DNA of 64,000 nucleotides, from NCBI GenBank assembly GCA_048940445.1, contig JBHLON010000005.1:1-64000 (forward strand), read 5' to 3'. The notes beneath the pieces are model-generated. The model was not told the DNA's origin. It did no database searches and was given only the letters and a program-made list of their open reading frames with translations. This stretch comes from Promethearchaeota archaeon (GTDB lineage: Archaea > Asgardarchaeota > Lokiarchaeia > Sigyniarchaeales > SOKP01). Below, one piece after another: positions 33,379-44,077 of this stretch (within the stretch, counting starts at the first letter, position 1; every line of letters begins with the position of its first letter). The position numbers were made by a program, and so were the translations under genes.

Positions 33379-33912
33379 ATGGATGATAATCAGATATTAC
33401 CATCTAGGGAATTTGCATTTGACTTTTTAAAAAAAATGAAAGTTCCATATCATGTTAGACGTCATTCTCTTAAAGTAACTGATAAAGCCTTAGAAATAGC
33501 AGAAAAGATAGTAAAAATTGAAGTCGATATTGATTTAATTGAAATTGGAGCCTTATTACATGACATTGGTCGAGCAAAGACACATGGATTTAGACATGCT
33601 CTAATAGGAGCACATCTATTAAGAGAACATGGGTTTTCTGAAAAACTAGCGAGAATTTGTGAAACCCATATTTTAGGAGGATTAGATAAGGTTGATGCTG
33701 TTGGTGTTAATCTTCCTGAAAGAGACTTTTTGCCCCAAACTATTGAAGAGAAGATAATTTGCTTAGCTGATAAACATATGGCTGGGACTCGGGAGGTGTC
33801 AATTGAAGAAAGATTTAATAGGTGGTTCTTGAAGTATGGAAAAACCCAGATACTTATAAAAGCGAAAAAAAGAATTGAGGATATTCAAGAAGAAATAAAA
33901 AATTTAATGTAA
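33379..33912 (+). CDS. HD (HDIG) domain phosphohydrolase
   Basis: RRHS, GALLHDIGR, ETHILGG, EEKIICLAD. Confidence 0.85.
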   Translation: MDDNQILPSREFAFDFLKKMKVPYHVRRHSLKVTDKALEIAEKIVKIEVDIDLIEIGALLHDIGRAKTHGFRHALIGAHLLREHGFSEKLARICETHILGGLDKVDAVGVNLPERDFLPQTIEEKIICLADKHMAGTREVSIEERFNRWFLKYGKTQILIKAKKRIEDIQEEIKNLM

Positions 33913-34031
33913 TTTTGAAAATTTTCTCCTTATTTGATTGAATTAAGTTTTCCAATTTCTAAGAAGGTTTTTTTAACTTTTAAGAATGAACTTTAATATT
34001 TTAAAGAATTAAATAATTTTTGTTTTCTATA

Positions 34032-34664
34032 TTAAATTTTAATTCCCTTCTCTTTTAGTTTCTTTAAAACTATTTCTTGTATCTTTTGCTGAGCAAACTC
34101 TATAATTTCATTTGTATTAATAATAAAGTAGCCCTCTTCCTTTGCTCTCACAAGATAAAGTTCTCTAACTTTATTCAAAAAAGAATCATTCTCAAATTTT
34201 TCAATGGTAGTTGATTTTCTTGCTAAGGAGATTTTTGGATCAATATCTAATATAATAGTTAAATCTGCTTTTCCTGCAAATTTATTTATCAATTTCAGCC
34301 ATTCAATTGAGATTTCTTCTGATTGAATAGATTGGTATACTATTGATGATTCGACGTATCTATCAGAAATAACAATAAATTCTTTTGATAAGTAATCTTT
34401 AATTTCCATCTGATAATGGAAGTCTCTGTCAGCTGCAAACATCAAAGCATCCGTAGTCGGAGGGATGTCTTGATTTTGAAGATTTTTCCTTATTAATTGG
34501 CCTATTTCACTATTTGAAGGTTCTTTTGTTAAATGAACTTTAAAACCCTTTGATTCTAAAAAGCCATAGAGAAGTTTACTATGAGTTGTAGTACCAGAGC
34601 CATCGATCCCATCTAATACAATAAATAAGGAATTGATGCTATTGAACTTATTAACAGAATTCAT
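34032..34664 (-). CDS. tmk: Thymidylate kinase
   Basis: DGIDGSGTTT, TKEPS, FAADR, ISDRY. Confidence 0.92.
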   Translation of the reverse strand: MNSVNKFNSINSLFIVLDGIDGSGTTTHSKLLYGFLESKGFKVHLTKEPSNSEIGQLIRKNLQNQDIPPTTDALMFAADRDFHYQMEIKDYLSKEFIVISDRYVESSIVYQSIQSEEISIEWLKLINKFAGKADLTIILDIDPKISLARKSTTIEKFENDSFLNKVRELYLVRAKEEGYFIINTNEIIEFAQQKIQEIVLKKLKEKGIKI

Positions 34665-34833
34665 TTTTTACACTTTTCTTATTATGGATTAACTTAATTT
34701 CTTCACATCTAAAAAAAATTCATTTTATAAAATGCAACTTAAATTATTAATTTATTTTCTCCTCATAAAAGTAGATGATCCTTAATTTAAATAGTACTTA
34801 AAAACTTACGAGATTTGCGCTTGATTCTTACAC

Positions 34834-35736
34834 CTATTCATCTTTTAATATATTCATGAATTCATAGAAATTTTTATATGAATCTTTAAAGTCATTATCA
34901 GGTTTTGAATAATCTAAAGCATCGTAGAACATATCAATAAAACTTTGCTTATCTTCATTTTGTATTATTTTTTTGTACTCTCTTAACAATTTTTCGAATT
35001 CGTCTAAAACTTCTTGAAATTCCTTGTTTCTTATTTGAATATCCCCAAACATATCCATTTCTCTTTGAATAATACTTTCAGCAAAAATTTTTTGGAGCAG
35101 AAAAGTTGTACCTGCATATTTTGTCAATTCATTTAACGGCATTTTCATTCTTCTCAATAGGTTTAAAAATATGATATTAAGCATATGTGGTATTCCTAGG
35201 GTCATTGATATGTATTTATCATGTAATTTGGGAGATGTTTCAGTAATTAATAGACCATCAGATTTGAATAATCTTATTAAATCATCCACGATATACATAT
35301 AGTTTTTAGTACCGCCAATTCTTAATACAAGCATGATATAGTTCTTCATATTTTTAATACCAGGACCAAACATTGGATGAAGTGAAAGACAATTAATAGG
35401 ATATTTTCTTTTAAGTTCATCAAAAATTCTCACCACATCAGTTTTTAATGAAGTGATATCAAAAATTAAAGAATCCGGTTTTAAATAGGGAGCTACTTTT
35501 CTTATTGTTTCTATTGTAACAGTAATAGGGACAGAGATCATGACTAAATCTGCATCTTTGACACTCTTTTCAAGGGATGGTGCATAACTTACATTTAATT
35601 CATTAGCAACTCGCTTCAAATTTTCTTTATTCCGAGCATTTAAAATTATATTAAATCCATGTTTTTTGAAGTATCTAGCAAAAATTTTTCCCATCCCTCC
35701 TGAGCCTCCTACTATAGTTAAATTCTTTCCTAACAT
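34834..35736 (-). CDS. tyrA: Prephenate dehydrogenase
   Basis: VGGSGGMG, DITSLK, HPMFGP, HDKYI. Confidence 0.88.
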   Translation of the reverse strand: MLGKNLTIVGGSGGMGKIFARYFKKHGFNIILNARNKENLKRVANELNVSYAPSLEKSVKDADLVMISVPITVTIETIRKVAPYLKPDSLIFDITSLKTDVVRIFDELKRKYPINCLSLHPMFGPGIKNMKNYIMLVLRIGGTKNYMYIVDDLIRLFKSDGLLITETSPKLHDKYISMTLGIPHMLNIIFLNLLRRMKMPLNELTKYAGTTFLLQKIFAESIIQREMDMFGDIQIRNKEFQEVLDEFEKLLREYKKIIQNEDKQSFIDMFYDALDYSKPDNDFKDSYKNFYEFMNILKDE

Positions 35737-36605
35737 TATTTCACTCCTAAATATTCAATTATTTTTGATTTCATCAATTCAATATTTGGCTTTTTGTTTG
35801 TCCACCATTCAAATGCTAAAGCTCCCTGGTATACCAACATATCTAGACCACTTAGTGTCCTACAACCAATCTCTTTTGAATCTTTAAGTAATTGGGTTTC
35901 TAAAGGATTATAAATTAGATCAAAAACAAATAATTTATTGTGCAATAAAGTTTTTGAAAGTGGTGATATTTCAGTTTTAGGAAACATACCAACCGAAGTT
36001 GCATTTATTAAAATATCAGCATTATCTATTTCCTTTTTAATAGTTGTTTTGGTATTTTTCTTGCTTTCGATATTGTATCCTATTTTAGTTTTTAGTTCGC
36101 TGACTAATCTTTTAGCTCGCTCTTCCGTTCGGTTAATGATTAAAATTTTCTCTACTTCTGAAGCTAGTGAGTAAGAAATAGCTTTTGCAGCCCCTCCTGC
36201 GCCTAATAGAATAACTTTTTTCCCTGAAAGTTTACACCCCGCCTCTATTAATGCTTTTTTGGCTCCTTCTGCATCTGTATTTGTACCTTTCAAAAAACCA
36301 TCTACATTTTTTATTGTGTTTATGCTATTGATTTTTTGAGCAATAAGATCAATTTCATCTAAAAATGGTATCACACGTTCTTTATGAGGAATTGTCACGC
36401 TAATTCCCTTTATATTAAAAGCCTTTATTCCCTTTATAGCATCCTGTAATTTATTTGGGGGAACATTCAAAGCTAAATATATATAATTTAAATGAAGATC
36501 TTGAATAGCTGCATTATGCATAATAGGACTCATGCTATGTTCAATTGGGTGCCCAATTACACCAAGTATTTTTGTTTGGGAGTTAATATAATTCCTAACT
36601 GACAT
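35736..36605 (-). CDS. aroE: Shikimate dehydrogenase
   Basis: HSMSPIMHN, VTIPHK, NTD, GAGGAA, DLIYNP, MLVYQG. Confidence 0.95.
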   Translation of the reverse strand: MSVRNYINSQTKILGVIGHPIEHSMSPIMHNAAIQDLHLNYIYLALNVPPNKLQDAIKGIKAFNIKGISVTIPHKERVIPFLDEIDLIAQKINSINTIKNVDGFLKGTNTDAEGAKKALIEAGCKLSGKKVILLGAGGAAKAISYSLASEVEKILIINRTEERAKRLVSELKTKIGYNIESKKNTKTTIKKEIDNADILINATSVGMFPKTEISPLSKTLLHNKLFVFDLIYNPLETQLLKDSKEIGCRTLSGLDMLVYQGALAFEWWTNKKPNIELMKSKIIEYLGVK

Positions 36606-36695
36606 TTATCAATTAATCAACAAATTAATAATTATTAATATGTTTAAGGATAAAATTAATTTATAATTATTTAGCTAATATTTAAAACAAGAAAG

Positions 36696-37262
36696 GTGAA
36701 TTCTAATATGAGAAAAGTAATTCTTAAACCTGGAATAAGCGTATTTCCTATGCCTACGGCTGTTATTTCGGTAGGAAAGGGAGATGAAGCAAATTTAATA
36801 ACACTTGCTTATGTTGGTAAAGTTTGTCTAAAGCCTCCAATAGTGGTAATCTCAATACAGCCCAAACGCCATTCCTATTTATTAATCGAAAAACATGGCG
36901 AATTTGTAATTAATTATCCAACTATCAAGCAGTTAAAAGAGGTTGATTATTGTGGTACACGTTCGGGAAGAAATATTGATAAATGGGAAAATCTTAATTT
37001 AACTAAAGAACCAGCATCAATCGTTCAAGTACCAATGGTAAAAGAATTTCCATGGAATATGGAATGTAAAGTAATCAACAGTATTAAATTGGGTTCACAC
37101 GTTTGTTATTTCGGAGAAGTATTAGCTACGCATTCAGATCCTAAATATGTAAGGGATAATGATTTGAATCTTGATGAATTCAATTCATATACATACATAT
37201 CTGGAAATTATCTTGAAATTAAGGGAGGAGTAATAGCAAGACATGGATTTTCTATAAATTAA
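36696..37262 (+). CDS. Flavin reductase-like (flavoredoxin) protein
   Basis: FPMP, GEFVINYP, CGTRSGR, MECKV, GSHVCYFGEV. Confidence 0.85.
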   Translation: MNSNMRKVILKPGISVFPMPTAVISVGKGDEANLITLAYVGKVCLKPPIVVISIQPKRHSYLLIEKHGEFVINYPTIKQLKEVDYCGTRSGRNIDKWENLNLTKEPASIVQVPMVKEFPWNMECKVINSIKLGSHVCYFGEVLATHSDPKYVRDNDLNLDEFNSYTYISGNYLEIKGGVIARHGFSIN

Positions 37263-37287
37263 AGATTTTAATTATAAAGAAACTGAA

Positions 37288-37824
37288 TTGATTATGTTTA
37301 AAGATTCTATTGCTCTTATTGGATTTATGGCTACTGGAAAAACATTGATTGGTAAGAAACTCGCAAGTTGTTTAAATAATGAGTACCGATTTTTAGAAAC
37401 TGATCAGATCGTTGTAGAAATGGTTGGAAAGTCAATAAATGAAATCTTTGAAGAAGATGGAGAACAAAAATTCAGAGAATATGAAATTAAAGCTTGTAAA
37501 AAAGTTTCTAAGTTAAAGAAAGTAATTATTTCTTGTGGAGGGGGCATAGTCTTAAATAAAAAAAATGTTAGGCGTTTAAGAAAAAATTGTGTTCTAATAC
37601 TCCTAACTGCAAGTATTGATGAACTTTCTTATAGAATAATTAAGAATGGGAAAGAAAAGAGACCATTAATAGATAAAAAAAATCCTAAAAGAGAGATAGA
37701 AGTAATTTTACACAATAGAGAACCCATTTATAATGCAGTAGCAGATATCGTTATAGATACTACAAATAGAGAAGTAAATGATATTGTTAATGAAATTATC
37801 TCCAAAACCGATATCAGAATATAA
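37288..37824 (+). CDS. aroK: Shikimate kinase, bacterial (NMP-kinase) type
   Basis: IGFMATGKT, GEQKFREYE, SCGGG, RPL. Confidence 0.9.
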   Translation: MIMFKDSIALIGFMATGKTLIGKKLASCLNNEYRFLETDQIVVEMVGKSINEIFEEDGEQKFREYEIKACKKVSKLKKVIISCGGGIVLNKKNVRRLRKNCVLILLTASIDELSYRIIKNGKEKRPLIDKKNPKREIEVILHNREPIYNAVADIVIDTTNREVNDIVNEIISKTDIRI

Positions 37825-37909
37825 TAATCAAATTTTTATTTTTTGTTTAAAAAACTAAATTTAAATTCAAAAAGTCTTACTATTTTATATAAAATAAGAG
37901 TTTAATAAA

Positions 37910-38083
37910 ATGACTGAATACAAAAGATTTAAGTGCGGTCAATGTGGAGAAGAAAACCCTAGAAAGCTTCATGAAGAGCCAGATAAAACCCAAGTACTTT
38001 ACTTTTCCATGCAAGGTACCCCCGTTTACAAAAAAAGGATTAAATGTGGAAGTTGTGGGAATATTTTTGATAAATCGCAGTAA
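37910..38083 (+). CDS. Small zinc-ribbon protein, 57 aa (absent from the ORF track)
   Basis: Manual translation MTEYKRFKCGQCGEENPRKLHEEPDKTQVLYFSMQGTPVYKKRIKCGSCGNIFDKSQ, with two CxxC pairs. Confidence 0.8.
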   Translation: MTEYKRFKCGQCGEENPRKLHEEPDKTQVLYFSMQGTPVYKKRIKCGSCGNIFDKSQ

Positions 38084-38152
38084 TACCGGACATCTGGCCA
38101 CCAAAAATAAAAAGAAAGCTTGTTAATTTTATTTATTGTTCATCTTTTTTTA

Positions 38153-39355
38153 TTATAAAGTTAAGATAATTTTATCATGAGCTTGTAACATATCTCTCAT
38201 GATTAACTCCATAGCTTCTTTGATTTCCGGATTATTATCGGGAATACTTCTTTTTGCGTTAACACTAGCTATTAAAACCTCATTCAATCCACGTAATATC
38301 ATATCAGGATTATACCATGGCTTTTGTGATGCCCACCACTGTTGGCAACTGTAAATACCTCTATCAAGCAAATTTCGGGCATTTTCAAAAATTTTTTTTT
38401 TCTCTTCGTCCATACTGTCTCTATATTTTGTAGATAAGTTAATTAAGGTAAGAGCATACATGAAAAAACGATGTTGTTCTCTATGTATCTCATTATTGGG
38501 GTCAAACCATAGGGGAAATGGTACATCATGTGCTAAATCATAGGGCATTGTCGACCAACTAGATACGCGAGGGACTTGTTTAGTTCTTTTTGGAAATCTA
38601 TCAACAATTTCAGAAACAGTACAAATTTTTATATCTTGTCTTTGAGGTAGTGTTTCGAATAATGGGATTAAGAAATCATCAATCGCACCTTTAACATGAT
38701 GCCCAAGGGTCTCCCCATCAAATGCCAAGATTATATACATATCTTCGTTTGAATTTTTATATTTTAGACGATTGATAAATGTATCTACATTATTTATTTT
38801 ATTAAATGCACAATCTATTGAGATATAATCGTCTCTAAATATTAATTTTAGACCGTTTTTGTGTAAAGAGATATAATTAGTTGGAAAATCTGGAAGTATA
38901 TTTGCTATTCCGCTAAGAATGACCCAATCAAATCCTAATTTTTTTACAACCTTAAAAACTTCTTCAGAAATAGCCATTTCAGGCGGGAAAAAACCACGAG
39001 GAGTATACAGTTTTCCAAAGAAATAGCGATTAGTTTCATTATTCAGCTTAATTTGACGTCTAATTTCTTGCTCTGGGATAAGAGGTAAAATTGGATGGAA
39101 TTTTGCTGAGCCTGTGAATTCGATCTGTCCTCTATTGGCACCCATAATGATAGATTGAATCAAATCGTCATATCCAAAGTCATGGAGTTGCTCTGTCAAA
39201 GTACCATTGATGTTTAGCGTAATCTTGGCATATGTGTGATTTTCTAGTGCCTTAATTATAGGTTTATATGATTCATTGACAATTTGCTTTATTACTTGTG
39301 GTATTTGTACTGGTGGTTGATATATATGAAATAAAAATGCGAAATAAACAACCAT
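38153..39355 (-). CDS. Glycoside hydrolase family 57
   Basis: HIYQP, HPILPL, FFPPEMA, AFDGETLGHH, SSWS, SCQQWW. Confidence 0.88.
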   Translation of the reverse strand: MVVYFAFLFHIYQPPVQIPQVIKQIVNESYKPIIKALENHTYAKITLNINGTLTEQLHDFGYDDLIQSIIMGANRGQIEFTGSAKFHPILPLIPEQEIRRQIKLNNETNRYFFGKLYTPRGFFPPEMAISEEVFKVVKKLGFDWVILSGIANILPDFPTNYISLHKNGLKLIFRDDYISIDCAFNKINNVDTFINRLKYKNSNEDMYIILAFDGETLGHHVKGAIDDFLIPLFETLPQRQDIKICTVSEIVDRFPKRTKQVPRVSSWSTMPYDLAHDVPFPLWFDPNNEIHREQHRFFMYALTLINLSTKYRDSMDEEKKKIFENARNLLDRGIYSCQQWWASQKPWYNPDMILRGLNEVLIASVNAKRSIPDNNPEIKEAMELIMRDMLQAHDKIILTL

Positions 39356-39409
39356 ATAAATCTATATTCATTATTTATATTTTAACTTTAAGCATATTCG
39401 TTATTCATT

Positions 39410-40150
39410 TTAGAATAATTCATAGAATTGTTGCATTATCTTCACATAAATTTGTCCAGGTGCTGTTTGTTCTTCAAGAGCCGCATAAGTCAGAAAAGAA
39501 CCTAATTTTACACACATTATTCTTGAAATTATTCCTAATTTATCCATGCAAAAAGATATAATTCTTTTTTTATTTCTTGAAAATTCTTGGCAAAGTTTTA
39601 AAGGCACTAGGTTATCTTCAATATTTTGAGCTGTAAATATTAGTTTATAGATACTTTTACTCAATATGTCAAATTCGTTTAATTTATTCTTTATAATTTT
39701 CTCTTCAAAGTTTAATATAATATTTTTTAAGGTTTCATAATTTAACGTTTCTTTAAGGTTGTGATAAGAAAAGATTAAATTGACTTTTTCCATAAAAGAT
39801 AAAGAAATTACATTATTTAGTGTTTCCAGATCTGTGTTCAGTTCAACATCGAAGAAGTCTGGTCGGGCTTGAATTAGCATTTTTATTAACTCTATTCTTT
39901 CCAATTTTTGAATTTTAAGTTTTCCTCCCTCTAACTTATCTCTTAGAGTAAAAATCGAGATACACTTATTTTCAAGTAGATCTTTTAATTTTATCGCATA
40001 ACCTTTTGTTATATAATCTTTTTTTTTTATATAGTCAAATCTAAATTCTATTGCTAAAGGATTGAATGTTAATGCCTTGTTGACTAAAATTTGGGCTTCT
40101 CTTAAGTCGTTTGACTTAATTGGAATTGAAATGCAAATACTAGATTTCAT
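39410..40150 (-). CDS. aroD: 3-dehydroquinate dehydratase type I
   Basis: IEFRFD, IFTLR..EGG, DVEL, SYHN, ISR, TAPGQ. Confidence 0.88.
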   Translation of the reverse strand: MKSSICISIPIKSNDLREAQILVNKALTFNPLAIEFRFDYIKKKDYITKGYAIKLKDLLENKCISIFTLRDKLEGGKLKIQKLERIELIKMLIQARPDFFDVELNTDLETLNNVISLSFMEKVNLIFSYHNLKETLNYETLKNIILNFEEKIIKNKLNEFDILSKSIYKLIFTAQNIEDNLVPLKLCQEFSRNKKRIISFCMDKLGIISRIMCVKLGSFLTYAALEEQTAPGQIYVKIMQQFYELF

Positions 40151-40179
40151 AATGTTAAAAAAATAATAACTAAATGTAA

Positions 40180-40818
40180 TTAAAGCTCTAATACATTTCT
40201 AACTTCTTTCTCAGTTAATTTATGTTCATAATTGATCTTTTTTACCTTTCCTTTATTTCTATAATAATCAAGGAGAGGCTTAGCATTTTCTTTGTAAATG
40301 TCAAGTCGATTTCTCAATATTTCTTCATTATCATCAGTTCGTTGTTCAAATTTTATCGATGCTCCACATTTATTACATATCCCTTCTTTTTTTGGTTTCA
40401 TAAAATATTTATTATATAGTTCACCACAATTTGGGCATGAAAATCTACCGAGGATTCTTTTAATTATAATTTCCTCATCAACTTCTAATAATATAACAAA
40501 ATCTATGTCAGTTATATTTGATAAAGCCTCTGCTTGAGATAAAGTACGTGGAAAACCATCTAGCACAAAACCATTACTTTTAACATCTCTTTTGCTCATT
40601 CGATCCTTTATCATTTCAATTACGATATTATCTGGTACCAATTCTCCCTTTTCCATAAAAGCCTTAGCTTTCAAGCCTAAAGTAGTCTCATTTTTGAGAT
40701 TCTCTCGAAAAATATCACCTGTGCTGATATGCACTATTTTTGGTGAAACTTGTTTAATTTGGGACGAAAAAGTTCCTTTTCCAGCTCCAGGTGGTCCAAA
40801 AAGTACTATTTTTTTCAA
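40180..40818 (-). CDS. adk: Adenylate kinase, bacterial type with Zn-binding LID
   Basis: GPPGAGKGT, HISTGDIFR, LDGFPRT, CPNC..CNKC. Confidence 0.92.
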   Translation of the reverse strand: MKKIVLFGPPGAGKGTFSSQIKQVSPKIVHISTGDIFRENLKNETTLGLKAKAFMEKGELVPDNIVIEMIKDRMSKRDVKSNGFVLDGFPRTLSQAEALSNITDIDFVILLEVDEEIIIKRILGRFSCPNCGELYNKYFMKPKKEGICNKCGASIKFEQRTDDNEEILRNRLDIYKENAKPLLDYYRNKGKVKKINYEHKLTEKEVRNVLEL

Positions 40819-40880
40819 ATTATACTCACTTAATTAGTAATATTAGTTACAGTTAATTATTTCTAAATGTATAACTATTA

Positions 40881-41741
40881 TTAAGTTTGACCGCCCCCAT
40901 AAAGAAAGAAATCTGGAATAAGCTTAGAACCAGGAACTACTGAATACTTTTCTAAATTTGTAATACCATGTTCCATTAAAACTTCGTCATCTATAAAAAA
41001 ATTTCCTGTGCATTCTTCGCTAGATCTTGTTAAAATTAAGTAAGCCGCATCTGCAACAATCTCTGGTTTACGCGAATGCTTGATTGTTGCATCACCTCCT
41101 AATAAATTTCTAACAGCTGCTGTAGCAATTGCTGTACGAGGCCATAGTGCATTAACTGCAATTCTATCCTTCTTGAATTCTTCAGCCATACCTAACACAC
41201 ACATACTCATTCCATATTTCGACATACTATAAGCAACATGATGAGTAAACCATTTGGGATCCAAATTTAATGGTGGAGATAGATTCAGAATATGTGGATT
41301 TTCGGATTTTTTTAAATAAGGAACACATAACTTTGAACATAAAAATGTTCCGCGTACATTAACTGAAAACATAAGATCAAATTTTTTCATAGTAGTATCC
41401 AAGGTTGATGTTAAACTTATAGCACTTGCATCATTAACTAATATATCAATTCCCCCAAATTCTTTAATAGTAGTATCAACAGCTGATTTAACTTGAGCTT
41501 CGAATCTAATATCTGCTATGCATGCAAGACCTTTTCCACCAGCATTATTGATATCCTCCACTGCACTATATACTGTACCAGGTAATTTAGGGTGTGGTTC
41601 TGCAGTTTTAGCCACTACAGCGATTTTTGCACCATCTTCAGCAGCTTTTATAGCAATTGCTTTTCCTATACCTCTACTTGCCCCAGTGATGAATACTATT
41701 TTATCTTTTAAACTTGCCATACTAAACCCTTCGATTTTCAT
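40881..41741 (-). CDS. Short-chain dehydrogenase, HSDL2-like
   Basis: ITGASRGIG, KTAEPHPKLPGT, YSMSKYGMS, NALWPRT. Confidence 0.88.
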   Translation of the reverse strand: MKIEGFSMASLKDKIVFITGASRGIGKAIAIKAAEDGAKIAVVAKTAEPHPKLPGTVYSAVEDINNAGGKGLACIADIRFEAQVKSAVDTTIKEFGGIDILVNDASAISLTSTLDTTMKKFDLMFSVNVRGTFLCSKLCVPYLKKSENPHILNLSPPLNLDPKWFTHHVAYSMSKYGMSMCVLGMAEEFKKDRIAVNALWPRTAIATAAVRNLLGGDATIKHSRKPEIVADAAYLILTRSSEECTGNFFIDDEVLMEHGITNLEKYSVVPGSKLIPDFFLYGGGQT

Positions 41742-41934
41742 AATTATAATATTTATAATTTAATCCATCCTTCATTAAAGAAAAAACGGTTGTTCCATTC
41801 ATTCTTTATCGCAGACCTGTTCAATTTAACATTTTATAAGATTTATGTTAAAAATTTAAGTTTATCCTTAATTTTTTATAAAAAGAATACAACCTTATGA
41901 AATTACAGCAAGAGGTCGAAGATGTTTATTTTTA

Positions 41935-42519
41935 TTAAGTTTGTATTGTATTTTTTAAGTATTTAATTAAAAACTCAACTTTTTTCCGTTCTTTAATAGT
42001 TAATAAATTTGCAAAATCTTTCTTTATAGAATATCCGTAATAAGAATTACCAAAAAACGTATTAGATTTTAAAATGGCTTCCAATATATCATATTTACTC
42101 CCTAAATGCAGATAAATTGAGATATCGTTAGCTATTAGGATGGAGGTTGGATTTTCATTAAATTTTTTTAAAATAATTGACACTATTGTATAATTATGAC
42201 ATAAGTTTTTATATAAATCCTCTTTATTAATTGCCTTTAATCGAGGAGGAATTATCTCTCCTTTGAGCTTTATGTAATTGCATTTTATACTATCCTTGAA
42301 ATAATCTTTAATTCTACCTCCTATTTTTAAATTGTCAAAATAAATTAATTTTGGGGCAAAATCTAATATAGATATTTCTTTAGGCTTAAATCTTTCTGAA
42401 TTCATTAAAAATTCTACAAATTTTGCTGTTAGAGACGTTTTTTGAGTGTTTGTTTCTCCATAGATAAACGTGTGTTGCCCAAGAAATTTCTGAAAATCCA
42501 AATGATTTAAATTTGTCAT
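41935..42519 (-). CDS. Hypothetical protein with degenerate P-loop (HerA-like)
   Basis: HTFIYGETNTQKT, ILDFAP, NDISIYLH. Confidence 0.55.
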   Translation of the reverse strand: MTNLNHLDFQKFLGQHTFIYGETNTQKTSLTAKFVEFLMNSERFKPKEISILDFAPKLIYFDNLKIGGRIKDYFKDSIKCNYIKLKGEIIPPRLKAINKEDLYKNLCHNYTIVSIILKKFNENPTSILIANDISIYLHLGSKYDILEAILKSNTFFGNSYYGYSIKKDFANLLTIKERKKVEFLIKYLKNTIQT

Positions 42520-42543
42520 AATTAATACGGAATTATAAATTGA

Positions 42544-43128
42544 TTACTCGAAATAATCTTTTCTTGATATTCCTGCCCTTCTTAAAATTTTCAAAGTTAA
42601 ATACCCTAATATACACCCAGGTACACTACTCGCCCCAAATAAACCCCAGAAAAAAAATAAACCTATAAAAAAAGCCTCTCCTGAAACTGGAGTTATTAAT
42701 TGTGCTATAGTTCCTGCAATAAATATTGTTCCTAAAGGTTCAGTTAAAGCTGCCAAATCCACATGTTTTGGTTTATATTTCCATAATAAATACGCAAATA
42801 TAGAGACTACAATGGCTCCTGAAATGTGTCCATGGAACGCATTAATAGTTCCAAGGCCAGTGAAGTATCGTACTATTGCAATTCCCAAAGCAGTAGTTGT
42901 GGAAAATGCTAAACCTATTAGAACTCCTGTTATAGCATTAATAAAATGAGCAAAAGGAAAAATTTTTGATCCTATAATTGGTATAAAGGCAAAAGGATTA
43001 ATATTACTTAGAGCTATGCCGATTCCTACGAAAATTGCTGCGGTAGCAATTTTTTTTGTTGTATTCTTTTTAAAGATTTTATTTTTTTCAATATCTCCCT
43101 TATAATTATTCGAATCCTTTTCTATCAT
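42544..43128 (-). CDS. thiW: ECF transporter S component, ThiW-like
   Basis: FPFAHFINAITGVLIG, GTINAF, EPLGT; downstream of thi4. Confidence 0.8.
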   Translation of the reverse strand: MIEKDSNNYKGDIEKNKIFKKNTTKKIATAAIFVGIGIALSNINPFAFIPIIGSKIFPFAHFINAITGVLIGLAFSTTTALGIAIVRYFTGLGTINAFHGHISGAIVVSIFAYLLWKYKPKHVDLAALTEPLGTIFIAGTIAQLITPVSGEAFFIGLFFFWGLFGASSVPGCILGYLTLKILRRAGISRKDYFE

Positions 43129-43186
43129 AAATTTTATGAATATTTTAAGTAAATTTTAAATGAATGTATTTCCTTAAAAAATTATT

Positions 43187-43972
43187 TTAAGCCTTCTTCT
43201 GTTTATCAATAATTAATTGAGCTACTTTTTCTCCGGAAAGGAGCATCCCTCCAAAAATTGGGCCCATCCGGGGTCCACCTGAGCAAGCACTCGCAGTCAT
43301 TCCCGTTACATATAAACCCGGATAGATCTCTTTAGTCATATCTAACAACATGTGTTCTCCCTTTTCTGCATTCATTGGAAGTTCTCCTATTTTTTTACCA
43401 GTGAGAGTCTTTAGTTTTGCATCTGGAATTTTTCTTAAAATTATATTAACTATTTCGCTATCATGTCCAGTGGCATCTATAACGTATTTACTTTCTATTG
43501 TCATCGGATCTACATGCAATTTTGCTAATTCCACAGCGCTCCAATTAATTACTACTCCCGTTACTTTATTGCTATCATTAATTTTTACATCTTCTACTGA
43601 GATTAAATTGAAAATTTTGACTCCTACATCAATAGCATATGCGGTTAATTTTACAACAGATTCAATAGCACCAGCGATATAATAATTAGGTTCATATTCT
43701 TCAGTTTTAATGTTGTATAAATCTAAGATTCTTTTTGCTTCTTTCTGAACTACAATTTTATTAAACATCATCCCCCCTCCTAACATCCCACCCCCTATTG
43801 ATAATTTTCTCTCAAAAATAATCGTTTTTAAACCTTTTTCCGCTAAAAATCTCGAAGCTGTTAAACCTGAAGGCCCGGCGCCTACTATTATTACATCCAC
43901 TTTTAAGTTATCTATTAAATCTTTAGTATAAGACTCAATTATCGCCTTGGTAATTATTGTTTCATCTAACAT
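43187..43972 (-). CDS. thi4: Sulfide-dependent thiazole synthase
   Basis: GAGPSGL, GGGM, HVDP, DATGHD, PRMGPIFGGMLLSG. Confidence 0.93.
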   Translation of the reverse strand: MLDETIITKAIIESYTKDLIDNLKVDVIIVGAGPSGLTASRFLAEKGLKTIIFERKLSIGGGMLGGGMMFNKIVVQKEAKRILDLYNIKTEEYEPNYYIAGAIESVVKLTAYAIDVGVKIFNLISVEDVKINDSNKVTGVVINWSAVELAKLHVDPMTIESKYVIDATGHDSEIVNIILRKIPDAKLKTLTGKKIGELPMNAEKGEHMLLDMTKEIYPGLYVTGMTASACSGGPRMGPIFGGMLLSGEKVAQLIIDKQKKA

Positions 43973-44077
43973 ATTATCTCATCAGAGTAGATTAGTATAT
44001 AATAATATTCATTGATGTAATTTTATAAATTATAGAATTTTAAATAAGATAAGATTTTTATTAATTTTTTATAAATT

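Noticed and set aside
37880-38126. ORF-track calls 37880-38104(-) and 37944-38126(+)
   Set aside because: They overlap the more convincing CxxC zinc-ribbon ORF in another frame
41742-41934. Hairpin (TTAACAT/ATGTTAA) and a 23-codon ORF in the intergenic gap as another spliced gene
   Set aside because: No BHB geometry and no recognisable protein on joining
43973-44077. TPP riboswitch upstream of thi4-thiW
   Set aside because: Region is short and AT-rich and lacks the conserved CUGAGA core and stems
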